A stretch of DNA of 63,205 nucleotides, the filler included, from Reclinomonas americana ATCC 50394 (taxonomy: Eukaryota), in NCBI GenBank assembly GCA_048213135.1. It is 5 parts of 4 records of this genome, joined end to end, with 100 filler letters (N's around TTAATTAATTAA, not from the genome) between each part and the next. Parts side by side here need not be neighbours in the genome. Positions count along the whole stretch, not along the records: positions 13,606 to 30,894 come from PS015466.1; 4 more parts are not named here. One strand, written 5' to 3'. Numbering within the stretch: position 1 is the first letter of the stretch; every line of letters starts with the position of its first letter. Below are positions 13,607-27,227 of the stretch, piece after piece. A program made the translations under genes and the position numbers. A model generated the notes under the pieces. That model saw only the letters and a list, made by a program, of their open reading frames with translations, was not told the origin of the DNA and searched no databases.

Positions 13607-16600
13607 TCTTCGTGCACATGACACGGAGCTGCGCGTTGCTGCTCACTGTGTCAGACAACAGTGAATCTGCCAAAGCCGCAGCGCATCATGGCGCGCCTGC
13701 TGGTTTGTGTGACCTCCTTCCGCTCCGTTCTGTGATTACTGTTATCCTCACTGAACATATGTGTGTGCGATTTGACAGTTTGAGCTGGCATCCCCGAAGC
13801 GACCAGAGAAGGTGGTCGTCCACGCGCTCAACACGCTGCGCGCCGTCGGACCAGTGCTGCACCCGGCCGTGGCCGACATTTGGGATTCGGCGATCCCCGA
13901 CCTGATCAGCTTTTTGGACAGTGGTGCGATGTTGTTGTGTGCTCGCGCTCGCCACGAGATGTCGGTCGTTGATTTCTCGTCAACGCAGCCCTGGAAGACG
14001 AGGCGTTCGACAATGAGCAGTGGGAGAGCCGCATCGACGAGTTTGTATTCGACACCATCCGCGCCATGGCCGACGACGAATGGTCAGCATCGCTGCTCGA
14101 CGCCATGTGCGAGGTCATTGCCGGGTACGACACGGTCCACGATGGCCACTCACTCAAGGTGTGTACTCCGCGCGTCAGAGCTGGTGAGAGTGAGCGCCTC
14201 ATCCTCCTGTGCATGCAGCGATTCGGTTTCCGCGTCATGGGCGCAGTGATGCAGCAATGCAAGAAGCGCCTGGCTGTGCAGCAGACACTGGGTCAGATGA
14301 TTGAGTTGGCTGACCACACCTCGGCACCCGAGCGCGAAGGTCTGTATTTTTTATTTGTGGTTCTACCTGCATTTGCAGCGCTGCTCACGCTTGCGTATTG
14401 TGTTTGTGCTGCGCAGGCGTGGCATTGGGCTTTGGTCTCGCCTCTGTGACCTACATGGATTTCGCGTTTGAGCAGCTTCGGCAGTCGCTGACGCCAATCA
14501 AGCCGCAGAGCACTGGCTTCTTCTCCAAGTTCAAGTTGCGTCCACTTGTACCGTTGCGTTGGCGGTGTTCGACGCTGACGATTTTGGTGCCACAGGTCGG
14601 CCGTGGGTCCGTCGGATGCGCTGAAGGCGCTGATCCTCTTGAGCCTTGGCCAGATTGCCCAGTTCCTGCCGCCACAGTTGCGAAGCGTGCTGGTGATGAT
14701 GCTCCTTTCTCCCCCCAGTGTCCAACTGACGCGTGTGTAGGATGCTCATCTCACGTGTGGACGTGCACATTGTGGAGAAACTGTTGCCGCTGATCTCCGA
14801 ACCCAAGGCCACCGTCGTGCAAAAGGAGGCGGGCTTTATTGGCGTGGAGCTCGTCGCAGCGGCCATGCACATGGAGCGTCTCGTTGCGTGCTCACCCGAG
14901 TCGTCCCGTTCATTTTTGCATGCGCTCATCTCGCACTTGCAGGGGGCGAATTTTGTTCCGCTGAAGCGCCGCGTGGAGATTGTGCAGATGCTCCTCGCGA
15001 TGATGAACCCGAAAGAGCGCCGCCAGGAGCGCGATCCGGAGACTACGCGGCTACGCATCGCTGGTCTCTCTGCACTCGCCACTCTCATGTTGCGTCAGCC
15101 CTCTCTACCGTCTCTCCGTCATCCACGTTTGTATTGCCAACAAGAGTGTGTCGTCACAGCCGCCTCGATCCGCGATGGGATGTGGGTGCCTTGAAGGACA
15201 CTTTTGACGGTGTGGTGGGCTACGCCGAGTTGCCGCCGGAGGTGCTGGCGGCCGCTGGCGATGACGCCGCCAAGAAGCTGTTGGACGCTTGGAATATTTT
15301 GCTCGGCGAGTTGGTGATCCGCTCCGCTGAGGGTGTCACGCAGACACTGCACGTGATGCTGCGATGGCTGGCCGACTCTGTGCGCAAGCCAATCGCACAT
15401 GTGCGTCAGCGCGCTGTCGAGGCTGCCGTGTTCTGCCTGAAGGCGTTCGCCAAGTACTCGGCCGGTGTGCGTACCGCCGATGGCGAGGGCGCGATGACCG
15501 AGATGTCAGCGTGCTTCACCGACGGTCTCGGTTCGCACATTGGTCTGTTCAGTGCCCGCTGCACGGATCCCGACATGAATGTGCGCACGGCCGCTGCCGA
15601 CGCGCTGTACTTGCTCTACCGCATCAATCATTACCTGCGTGAGGGCCCCGGTGTGCCACTGCCTCGCGCTCTCGTGACGATTCAGACGCTCAAGTTGCGT
15701 CACTTTTCTTTCTCTCCGTGATCGAGATTTTATGTTCGTGTACTGACACTGTGCTCTCTCTCTCTCTTGCTGGCTCACAGGAATAGCATGGATGTCGAGG
15801 ACTCGCGTGAGTTGTTCACGATTGCAAAGGAGGTGGCCAATGTCGTCGGCGAGATGGTTCGTCGCAGACGATGCATGTGACTTGTGTGTCCTGTTGTGTA
15901 CTCACAAGATGGCGGCGCCGTTGGCAGACACCCGAGGCTCAACTGCGACCCATGATCGACTCGCTAATGGCCAGCCTCGAAGACAACGAAGTCGATGTGG
16001 CCAACGGCGTGTGTGTTCTCGTCAACGGTCTGGTGTCGTCGCAGACAGACGAGTGTGTATGTGTGTGCTTACGTCGTGTGCAGGCATTCTGCGAATCCGT
16101 GGTGGCGAACTGCGCGACGATGTGTTTACGTTCATCACGGCCTTGGTCAATGTGCTGCCGAACTTGAAGGATCGCGAGCAAACGGTGTGCATCTGCTGCT
16201 GCATGTTTATTATTTGCTTGCGAGGTGCACTCACACAGCAGTAACGCACAGGTGAACGGTGTGCTACACGCGGTTCGTGCCTTGGCGCGCCACCATATCC
16301 AGGCGGTGGCCGATGCCATCTTGTCTTTCCGCAGGCCGCAAGCCGCGTTGCGTCTGAGGGTGGCCTCCATGTTTTTCTCCTCATACTTTGTCCGGTGACT
16401 TATCAAGTGCTTGGTGGTACAGGCACGTCACCAAGGCGATCCAGGTGCTGGCTGGTGACCCCACATTGCAACGGCATCTGGTGTCGCACCTCATCGACAT
16501 TATGAATAACACACAAATGTTTGAGGACTTCCGCCACGTGCCCTCTGCCGAAGCCAAGGTCAGCTGCTCGCTGCTGTCGCTGATGTGTGTGTGTTCTTTG

Positions 16601-18318
16601 TTGACTGAAAAAGCGCGGTTGCAGAAACGACAAGAGACGTCTGGCTCCTACGGAGCCACCACCGCCGGTGTGTGTGTGGCTACGGAGCTGACCGAGCGCG
16701 ACTTCTCGGGCCAAATCTATCCCATTCTCGCGCCTCTGACTGCAACGACATCTCTCGGCGCCATTTGTGAGCTGGAGGAGGCCAACGAAGTGATTGTGTC
16801 GATGCGTGTGCCACTGCTGTGCACTGCCCTGTTGCATCTGGGAATCGCGCACATGTGCAAGGACAAGACGATTGCGACGGACGCGTGCGAGCTGGTGAAG
16901 ACGATTTTGGTGGCGCTCGACGAGGAGAAGGTGATGGAGAAGGCGAACGAGCAAAAGCTCTTTGAAGACCTGGTCGAGTGGGAGAAGTACCTTGATGGGT
17001 CGGGCAAGATTTTGAGGTGTGTTTTGTGGGGAGGTGTGACTGCGTGTATAGAGTCGTCGTGTGTGTTGACTTTTGTGCGTGTGTCACGCGCGCAGTTTGG
17101 TTTGCGAGAGCGTGCTGGCGGAGGAAGAGGCGTCGGGCCTGCTGCGATTCGTGTCGGAGGTGTACGCGTTTGTAAATCCGTACACGAAGCGACCGGAGGA
17201 GGGCCACCGTCTGGCGGCCACCAACATGATTGGCGAGATCATCCTGCACATTGAGAACCACGCCGAGCTCCTGCACAACGCTATCAATGCCATGCTTGCG
17301 CGCATGGGCGACGAGTCGAAACTGGTGCGCATGCGTGCCGTGCGCGGCAGCGGCAACCTCGCCTCAGCACCCACCGAGGAGGTCAATCGATACGCCACCC
17401 CGGTGATCTCGGCGCTGATGGGCTTTATTGAGAGTGAGCATGACGAGTTGGTGCTCGAGTCGCTCGATGCGCTGGCCAAGATCTTTGACAATGTCGAGGA
17501 GCGGCACGCGGGACCGGTGTTGGTCAATGTGTGCTTGCGCCTCAAGCCGGCCTTTGAGAACGTTGCGTGCGGTGCAAAAATTTGTGCGGCCAACCACCGT
17601 GTGTGATACTGACGCGCAACTGTGCTCAGCGCAACGACAAGGTGCGCGCCAACGCCTTTACGCTGTTTGGCGTTTTGCACAACTTTGGTGCCGGCAACGA
17701 TCCGTTCATGGAGCAGTTGAACTTGGCGCTGCCGGCGCTGTTGGTGCACGCCAACGACGAAGTCCGTGAAGTTCGAGGAGTTGCGTTGCGAGAGTGCGAC
17801 AGTGTGCCGGCTGCGATGGCGAACGGGGGGGGGTCTGATGATTGTCATCGTGAGTGCAGGCGGCCAAGCTTGCCATTCGCCACCTGGTGCCGCTGATGGG
17901 ATCACAGACGCTGGTTGATCGATTCAATACCAAGGCATTCGATCCCGACATCCTTCTCGACTATGACGAGTTCATGGGTGAGTATCGTTTGTGTGTGTAC
18001 AGGTGGCCGTGCAGTTTACTCACATTTGCGGTCGCCGACTCAGTGAATGTGGCGCGCGAGCTGGTGGAGTTCTTTGACGTCACGCAGTTGAATTTGCTGC
18101 TCATGAGCCTGGTGAGCTTCTTCCGATCGTCGTGGAACCAGATCCGCTCCAATGCCGCCATCCTGGCCGCCTACCTGCTCTACAATCTGAGCGAGGAGGC
18201 CAAGCGGCGTGTGAACCTGGAGCATGTGTGCTCGTCGCTCATCTCGCTGCTGCGAGAGAATGATTCGAAAGTGCGCGTCAAGTGTGCCAAGGCGCTCAGC
18301 GTGTTGTGGGAATGTTAG
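13607..18318 (+). CDS. Maestro HEAT-like repeat protein (MROH1-like), 5'-truncated, many exons
   Basis: HEAT-like helical exons: EREGVALGFG, ARCTDPDMNVRTAAADAL, DESKLVRMRAVRGSGNLA, VCLRLKPAFE, FRSSWNQIRSNAA, DSKVRVKCAKALSVL; TAG ends at 18318. Confidence 0.8.
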
Positions 18319-18406
18319 GCTGCGCTCGGATTGTGCACAGAGAAATGCGTGTGCGTGCTGAGTGAAAAATACGAACGGCATTGAGGCATGCATGCGCATA
18401 CTTCAC

Positions 18407-21400
18407 TCAGTAGTAATCATAACTGTTCCCCTCGTAACCACGATGTCCTCCCCCTCCTCCGCGGCCACCGCCACCGCCGNNNNNNNNNNNNNNNNNNNNN
18501 NNNNNNNNNNNNNNNNNNNNNNNNNNNNNNNNNNNNNNNNNNNNNNNNNNNNNNNNNNNNNNNNNNNNNNNNNNNNNNNNNNNNNNNNNNNNNNNNNNNN
18601 NNNNNNNNNNNNNNNNNNNNNNNNNNNNNNNNNNNNNNNNNNNNNNNNNNNNNNNNNNNNNNNNNNNNNNNNNNNNNNNNNNNNNNNNNNNNNNNNNNNN
18701 NNNNNNNNNNNNNNNNNNNNNNNNNNNNNNNNNNNNNNNNNNNNNNNNNNNNNNNNNNNNNNNNNNNNNNNNNNNNNNNNNNNNNNNNNNNNNNNNNNNN
18801 NNNNNNNNNNNNNNNNNNNNNNNNNNNNNNNNNNNNNNNNNNNNNNNNNNNNNNNNNNNNNNNNNNNNNNNNNNNNNNNNNNNNNNNNNNNNNNNNNNNN
18901 NNNNNNNNNNNNNNNNNNNNNNNNNNNNNNNNNNNNNNNNNNNNNNNNNNNNNNNNNNNNNNNNNNNNNNNNNNNNNNNNNNNNNNNNNNNNNNNNNNNN
19001 NNNNNNNNNNNNNNNNNNNNNNNNNNNNNNNNNNNNNNNNNNNNNNNNNNNNNNNNNNNNNNNNNNNNNNNNNNNNNNNNNNNNNNNNNNNNNNNNNNNN
19101 NNNNNNNNNNNNNNNNNNNNNNNNNNNNNNNNNNNNNNNNNNNNNNNNNNNNNNNNNNNNNNNNNNNNNNNNNNNNNNNNNNNNNNNNNNNNNNNNNNNN
19201 NNNNNNNNNNNNNNNNNNNNNNNNNNNNNNNNNNNNNNNNNNNNNNNNNNNNNNNNNNNNNNNNNNNNNNNNNNNNNNNNNNNNNNNNNNNNNNNNNNNN
19301 NTTCCGCTGCCGCTGCCCCTGGTGGCCAAGCGTTTGAGAAGCAAGCGCGGCCTGCTTCTGCCGCTGCCCCTGGTAATCAGGCGTCGGAGAAACAGACGCG
19401 GCATGCTTCCGCTGCTGCTGCCCCTGGTAGCCAAGCGTTAGAGAAGCAAGCGCGGCCTGTTTCTGCCGCTGCCCCTGGTAACCAGGCGCCGGAGAAACAA
19501 GCGCGGCCTGCTTCTGCCGCAGCCGCCGCCAGTGGCAATCGTCATCAAAAGAACGAGGACGATTATGATGACCGGCAGCCTTCAGACGACGGTTCTGAGT
19601 ACGAAGACGGCGAGTACTACGACGACGATGGTGAACTGTACGACGACGGCGATGAAGAATACGCTGCGCAGTACGAGGAGTACTGCCGCGTGCTGGACGC
19701 CGGTTGCGTCCATTCTGCAGGCCATTTTCGTCGCTCTCGTCATCCCGTTGACATGTGTTTCATTGGACTGCAGCAAACGAATTCATCCACGCGAGAGCAA
19801 CCCGACTTGGAATGCAGCACGCAGTCCGGCTGTACGAGTTTGGCGATGACTTGAGCGACATCGCCGGTCGTCCGTGCTTGCCACCGGTTCGCGTTGCGCG
19901 GGCGTCTGGCCACCGAGTGCAGCAACGAGGAGGCAACCGAAATCGTGGCGGCGGCGGCGGCGGTCAGGATGCTGGGCGCCGAAATAGAGGTGGTGGCCGT
20001 GGCAACGGAAGACAGCGTAATGGACGGAGAGGAGGAAGAGGAGGAGGACGAGGAGGAGGAGGAGGGGGAAGCGGCGGCCACCAGGGAGGCAGAGATGGGA
20101 ACGAAGGTGTCGGGGGCGGCGATGGATATGCACGACGTCCAAATCGCCGTCGTAACAGGGGCGGAAGGGGCGGTGGCGCTGGCGGTGGAGATAGAGGAGG
20201 ACATGGTGGTGGNNNNNNNNNNNNNNNNNNNNNNNNNNNNNNNNNNNNNNNNNNNNNNNNNNNNNNNNNNNNNNNNNNNNNNNNNNNNNNNNNNNNNNNN
20301 NNNNNNNNNNNNNNNNNNNNNNNNNNNNNNNNNNNNNNNNNNNNNNNNNNNNNNNNNNNNNNNNNNNNNNNNNNNNNNNNNNNNNNNNNNNNNNNNNNNN
20401 NNNNNNNNNNNNNNNNNNNNNNNNNNNNNNNNNNNNNNNNNNNNNNNNNNNNNNNNNNNNNNNNNNNNNNNNNNNNNNNNNNNNNNNNNNNNNNNNNNNN
20501 NNNNNNNNNNNNNNNNNNNNNNNNNNNNNNNNNNNNNNNNNNNNNNNNNNNNNNNNNNNNNNNNNNNNNNNNNNNNNNNNNNNNNNNNNNNNNNNNNNNN
20601 NNNNNNNNNNNNNNNNNNNNNNNNNNNNNNNNNNNNNNNNNNNNNNNNNNNNNNNNNNNNNNNNNNNNNNNNNNNNNNNNNNNNNNNNNNNNNNNNNNNN
20701 NNNNNNNNNNNNNNNNNNNNGCAGGATGCGTCTGTTTCTCCGAGGCGCGACCGTCGCCGGATACAGCCGATTGCTCAGAGGCGGCAGAAGGCTGCTTCGC
20801 CGCCGAGTTCTTTCCCGTCGGAGCAGCCGACGCAGCTCCCTTGTTGGAACCACTATTGCTCGCCGCAGCAGCCTTGTTGTCGGTAGGAGCAGCTGGCTTG
20901 CCTGCGGCACTGCCTTCGACAGCGCCAGAGGGAGCTTTCTTGTCTGCAGCAGCAGTGGGCGCCGAGGCTGCTGGGACCTTTTCGGTTGTTGCCGGTTTTC
21001 CCGGCGCTTTTTCTTTGTCGCCGGCATCAGCACCCAGCTCGCCGTCATCATCTGCACGATCATTAGCACAAAATAACCGAATAACATGCGCGCGTTGTGA
21101 AGACATACCGCCGTACTTCTCGATCCACTGTTGAATCAGACTTCGCAGGGAGAAGTTCGGGATAAGTGTCTTGTTTGGCAGCTCGGCGCCGGTGAGCGGC
21201 GATCGATTTGAGCGACGGAAGTGCCCCTCGATGGCCATCTCTTCTCATCAACACATGCAAATGAGACGGAGAACGCAGGTAAAGAGGAGGCGACTTTCTC
21301 GAACTCAACTCTCATACGTCTGTCCGTCGGCCGCAATGACCTGCATGCACCGTCGCGTTTCGACTGTAAGGCAGGGTCCACACAGACGCACATACAGATT

Positions 21401-23690
21401 CACATCGTGCACGCACCGGATCTCTCATAAATTCGTGGGTAATGGGACAACGGAAGTGCGCCACAATGTCTTCCTTTCCCATCTCAGATGGCGCTGCTGC
21501 CGCGGCTGCCGCTGGTGCTGCCGGGGCAGCTGGCGCTGTGGCGGCAGTTGTGCTCGTCGTCGTTGTGACAGCGGACTGTGTTGGCGCGGCATCGTCCGTG
21601 CTGTCGCTCACATCGCGAATCGAGTAGCGCGTCAGCACTGCCAAATGCAAGCCGTCGTTCAACCAACAGCAAATAGAGAGAGAGAGAAAAAGAGAAGAGG
21701 CAGATTCTCACCTTCCGGGGCCGCTGTGCAGCTCACATACTTGTAGAGGGCACGAATCTGCGGTTTCTTCAGGCCTATCGAGGAGAGATGCGACCAGTTC
21801 TCGAGCAGACCCGACATGTTGAAGATGAACTGAATTCCACAGGAGGGGTGAGACGACAGCTCAACAAAAACACACATGCATAAGAAACGCCACTCAACGT
21901 GCTCCTGGAGGATACGCAATGTATCTTGCACTGGTTTTCCTTGCGGCCATCCGGCGTTCAGCGCCGCCTCCTCGACCAGGTGCTCAATCGACATTTCAAG
22001 AGTCGCGCCGCCAAGGTCACCTCGACCAGCATGGACTGCGTAAAACGAGGCATGAGCTTGCAGTTCCATGTGCGCAGAGCAATTTGACGAACTCGCACTC
22101 ACAGACGAGTTGAGGTTGAGGAGCAACCGCCTGGCCACCAACCAGAACACCATTGTCGTACACGACTGGCCTCTCGACGCCAGTGACCAGATTGAGCAGC
22201 GTTCCTGCTCCGTGTCGACGTCCGGTGTTGAAGGCTCCAATGTATCGTTCCACATTCAAGATCTCCTCGGTGGCCGTGCCGTGCACCTGACCATTGACAA
22301 ACTGGCCACTCAATTGCGACCGACCAGGGACCGTGAGCGTGCCACTGTGTGTGCGTGAGAGACGGCAGGGCCAGCGCGCTAACATGGAAGTTGGTGGAGG
22401 AACGCAACACTCCATGACGTCTGCCGGCACTCCAGCCACCTTCGTATCTGCACCAGTGATACCAACATTCAGTGCTCACACACTCCACAATATGGACAGA
22501 GTGCACGCAGGAAGGCTCACACCTAACGCCGTTGGGTGACGTCAGCACCATGGTTCCTGTCGGCTCGCCCGCAGCCCACCGACCACTGAGCACGTCTCCG
22601 TTCGCAAAGTAGTGCTTGCCCTCCCTGCAACGGACTGGCCGTGAGACTCATCGACGCAAAGGATTCGTGATGGTGGCGATCAACAAACCCGTGCATCTTG
22701 TCCATGTACCACTGGCCCACGTGAACACCGAGGTTGGTATCGCGCCACCTCATTTCGCCGTGCCCGTGACGCAGTCCCGACGCAAACTGACCAGAGAACA
22801 CACCATTCGAGTACACAAACACACCTGTACACATGCGGTGAGTGACAAAGCGTTCACTTCTACACCAACAACAAACGAGCACACTCACCGCGACCCTGAA
22901 TCACTCCATCCTCCCAGCGCCCGCGATAGATTTCGCCATTCGCAAAGTACATCGTACCCTCACCGTGCATCTTGCCACGCACCCACTCGCCCTCGTACAT
23001 GGTATTGCTCTCGTGCCACACGTACGTCCCCTGACCGTGAATCACGCCACCAGACCACTGATGACGACACTGCCTGAGTCGATGTGCTCCTGACACAGAA
23101 TGCGAGACACACACACCTGTCCACGATACGAGCGCAGTGGCGCCACCCACTCAAACACACCCTCGCCATTGTACAGGCCGTTGCGAGAGAGCTGCCCGCG
23201 ATACGACGATCCATCCGGGTACACGGTCAATCGCCATCCCACCGGCAATGCTGCGTTGTCGCTCAGAGAAGAAGAAGAAGAAGACGCAAAGACAGCAAGA
23301 AAAGACAAGCACGCACATCGCGTATCCGACGACGGCAGCGGCGGCAGCGGCTTGTGCTGCGGTGCATCGACCACGCGCGAGAGCAGTCTTCACACACACA
23401 CACACATCATCATCATCAGCATCACTTTTACAAGAGAGTGACACGCCGATCAGACGCAACTCATGGTCGACCTGCAGCTGCGCAAACTCTCTCACCAGCG
23501 ACTCGGTGGCGCCAGACGCTGCCTGACGGTGTAAGTAATCACACACACACTTGGTGCACACACATCATGCTCAACACAACGCACCACCATCCTCAGCACT
23601 CGCCGGCTCACTCTTCTTTCCACCCTTCTGCTGCTGTTGTTGCTGTTGTTGCTGTTGCTGTTGTCGCTGTTGCTTCTTCTCGAAGCCCAT
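18407..23690 (-). CDS. MORN-repeat / U-box protein with Ala-Pro repeat region and Gly/Arg-rich tail (middle contig 19302-20212 appears inverted)
   Basis: ATG 23690 (MGFEKK-polyQ); MORN repeats (YEGEWVRGKMHGEGTMYFANG etc.); U-box FRCPITHEFMRDPV...AADGQTYE..AIEGHF...SPLTG...LIPNFSLRSLIQQW; ASEKQT repeat shared with the + strand contig; last exon GGGGGRGGGGGHRGYEGNSYDYY-TGA at 18407. Confidence 0.75.
19302..19533 (+). repeat. Coding tandem repeat of about 57-60 nt (about 4 copies visible; peptide ASAAAPGxQAxEKQARP)
   Basis: Recurrent ttctgccgctgcccctggt...gagaa(a/g)caagcgcggcctg; truncated by gap. Confidence 0.8.
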
Positions 23691-23748
23691 TCAACAACGA
23701 TGTAAACAGTCAATTTTCGCGCGGATATCTTGCTTGCATCCTTTCCTT

Positions 23749-26185
23749 ATGAGCGTTGATGAGCGACTGCTGGCATCGGCTGCCGACGATGTACGCATAG
23801 GCAACGACGATGATGATGCGGATGACACCGCGCGATTGCTGTTAGGCGATGGCGATGATGGTGGAGATGACACAGTGTACACGTGCGATCAGGTTTGGTG
23901 TTTTGTTGTTTGCTTGCTGTTGCTTGCTTGCTTGCTCATGCGTGTGTGTGTAGGCGATTGATCATATTGGGCTGGGGCGTTTCCACTTTTGGTTGGGCGT
24001 GCTGACGGGCTTTGCGTTTGCGGCGGAGGCCATGGAGATCTTGTTGTTGTCGTTTCTTAGTGTTGCGTTTTTGTCTCTGGTGGCTGTGTTGCGTCACTGC
24101 TGCGTTGCACTCACCGCTCTCTCTTTTTGTGTGTGCGTAGGAGCAAGCGAGGTGTCAGTTTGATTTGCAGAGTTGGCAGACGGTGAGGTCTTGGTTCTCT
24201 GTTGTTGTTGTCGATCGTTTGCTCACGTCCACAGCGACACAGGCGCTGCTGACATCGTGCGTGTTTGGAGGCATGCTCGTCGGTGCACCGTTGTGGGGTG
24301 TTCTCGCCGACAAGTTGCGTTGCTGCACCTCTTCTCTTTCGAGGATATCAGTCGCTCATTGTCTTGCACAGATATGGGCGGTGTGTGTGTGTCTTGCTCG
24401 CCTGCTCGACTGTGGCGTGCCTCTCACTTTGCTGTCTTGTGTGGTAGGCGTATCGGATTCCTCGCGTCGACGGTCTTGGTGGGCGTGTTTGGGCTGGCGA
24501 GCTCGTTCAGTCCATCGTATGTCGTGTTGCTGGTGACACGAGCGATGGTCGGCGTCGGTGTCTCCGGTGTGCCGGTCTCAGTGTTCGTTGTGATCGCAAC
24601 GCGCGGGCACGTGACTCACGGTGCCGTCGCCAGGTGGATTTGTGATCTATTCGCTGGTGGCCGAGTACTTGCCGACGAAGAGACGGGCTAGCATTTTGGC
24701 GTCGTTTGACGTGTTTTGGGCCATTGGTGCGTACGTGGCGACCTCCATTCACAGAGGGGGGCGTATGTTTATTGACGTGGTCGGTGTGCAGGTTCGCTGT
24801 TGTTGGCTGGTCTCGCCTGGGGCATCATCCCGAAGTGGGGCTGGCGAGGCTTGTTGGTGGCCGCCTCCAGTTGCGTGCCCGGTCGCCGTCAGTGCGTTCC
24901 TGCCGAGTGACCTCATGACGTGATGCAGTACCATCGCTGGTCCTCATTCTCCTGTTCCCGTTGCTGCCGGAGAGCCCGCGCTTCTACGTGGTGTCCAACA
25001 AGATCGACAAGGCACGTGCGCAGCTGGAGCGACTTGCGCGCGTCAACCGCATGCAGCTGCCGCGTGGTGAACTGGTGGTGCATGCCTCGGCCATGGCCGA
25101 GCGCGGCTCCTTTGTCGAGCTGTTCCGACCAAAGTATCGCTGGAGCACCATTCCGCTGTGGTTCCTGTGGACAGCCAATGTGGCGTTGTACTATGGTGCG
25201 TCAAGCTGTGTTGGGTGCCGACTCTGTCGCCAGCGTATCGCTCACTTTTTTTTGCGCAGGCGTGGTGCTCATTAGCACTGAGCTGCCGCTGCTGCGACAC
25301 GCCGACTGTGCCAGCATGTCGCACAACTGCGCGCACCAGTTTGATCGCGACGATTTTTTGAATGTGTTTATCTCGTCTGGTACACTGTCGTCGTGCCGTG
25401 TTGCTTGCATGTTCATGCGCAGCGTAGCTGACGCGGTTTCCTCACTGCAGCTGCCGAACTACCCGCGATTATTGTGGTTCTGGTGTTGATCAACAGCATT
25501 GGTCGCAAGGTATGCAAAAGAGAAGTTGTGACGCACCCCTGCAGAAACTCACACTGATTCGTGACGCAGGGCACGCTAAGTGGCACGGTGCGACCATCTG
25601 TGACTTCCTCTGTGATGCCGTCTCCCCACTTGACCGTGTCGTCTCATCCGCCTCGCGTTGCAGATGTTTGGTCTGGTCATCAGCGTCGGCCTGCTGTGCA
25701 ACCCCCACTTGCCGCCCTGGGCCGAGACCACGTTGTTGTTCTTTGCACGAGGTTTTGCGAGTGCCAGCTTCCTGGCGCTCTACGTCTACACACCAGAGGT
25801 GTATCCGACCACGCTGCGTGGCATCTCCATGGGCTCCTGCTCCGCCGCCGGCCGTATCGGTGGCATCGCGTCGCCGTACGTTGCACAAATGCTGCTCGTG
25901 CACTGCCAGTACTGGTCACGGTGGCGACCGCTGGTGGCGTACGGCAGTCTAGCCATTGTCGCGGCCACCATCTCGCTACTGTTGCCGGTGGAGACGCGCG
26001 ACAAGAGCCTGGCCGACGACTCGATCGACGACAACGACGACGACACGCGCTCCGAGATCTCCATGGCGACCCTCACCAAGGGTCCGATCGGCAGTCCACG
26101 CCTCGCAGGCGCACCCGCCAAGCGAAGAACCACAGTGACACCGGCAGGCGCACACGATCTGCACCTTCCGTCCTCACAAATATAA
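23749..26185 (+). CDS. MFS transporter, SVOP / organic cation transporter-like
   Basis: AIDHIGLGRFH, AEAMEILLLSFL, GAPLWGVLADKYGRR, AEYLPTKRR, LPESPRF, YVYTPEVYPTTLRGISMGSCSAAGRIG, LLPVET. Confidence 0.92.
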
Positions 26186-26237
26186 TGTTGTTAACGAAGT
26201 GTTGCCACTGCTGTCCTCTCGCTCTGTTTTTTGTGGG

Positions 26238-27224
26238 ATGTTGGTGAGCACACGGATCGCCGCACTACATCTGTATCGCCGGCTCTTGCGACATGCACAG
26301 GTGTTCCCCGATCAGGTGGCCTCGCGGTGAGTGAGTGAGTGCAGAGACGAGGACAACTCGCACACACACATCTCACTCGTAATGCATGCAGCTTTCTGCG
26401 CGTCCGCACCATGGAGCTCTTCCGTCGCCGTCAGGTCTCACCTCACGCACACACATGCTCTTTATCCAAGGCTCACACACACACGCGCACAGCATGAGCA
26501 GTCGACAAGTCGGATCACAGCGTTCCTCAAGGAGGCCCGACAATCGGAGAGGTGCGGCAGTTGTGTGCGTTCGTGCGTGAGACTGCTGAGCATAGACCGA
26601 CGCCCCCCTTTGTTTGCACGCACAAGGCGAGTGGCCAGGGCTGTGGGCGGCGACTCGGACCACGTTCGTCGCATTCTCGATCTGGCGTACGGAAGAGCGG
26701 GACGAGTGAAGCACATGTTGGCGCAGGTGTGAGCGGTGTCTGTGTTTTGCTCGATCGCTACTCGTGTGCATATTGTGTGTGTGGAACAGGCCGTGAAGCC
26801 GTCGCGTACACCGGCCGCGGCAGCCGAGATGCCGCGCTTGCAGGCGGATTTTCCAGCCAATGGACTGCGCAAGCGCCTCGTTCCGCCCGATGCGCTGCTG
26901 GAGGTCATGGAGGTAAGCATAGAGTCTTGTTCTTGGCTTCCGATCATCCATCCATCGCTCACATCGCTCCTCCAGCAACGAGTGAAGCAGTTCCCTCGCT
27001 GGCGACGCCGGCTGTACCGCGACATTTTTGACGACAGCGTCGTGCACGTGCGGAGAAAGCAGGCGCGCATCAACAGCGCAGCGTACGAGGCGGCCTTGTC
27101 GACAGAACCACCCGTACCACCGCCGCCACCAACAAGACCTGCCAGCAAGTCGACGCCACGAACCACCACTTCCGCAAACACCACCACCAACAGCAACAGG
27201 AAACAAAAGAAAACAACATTATAA
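26238..27224 (+). CDS. LYR-motif (Complex1_LYR-like) protein with C-terminal extension
   Basis: MLVSTRIAALHLYRRLLRHAQVFPDQVASR-FLRVRTMELFRRRQ-HEQSTSRITAFLKEARQ...ILDLAYGRAG; five exons plus a final exon, GT-AG introns. Confidence 0.75.
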
Positions 27225-27227
27225 TCC

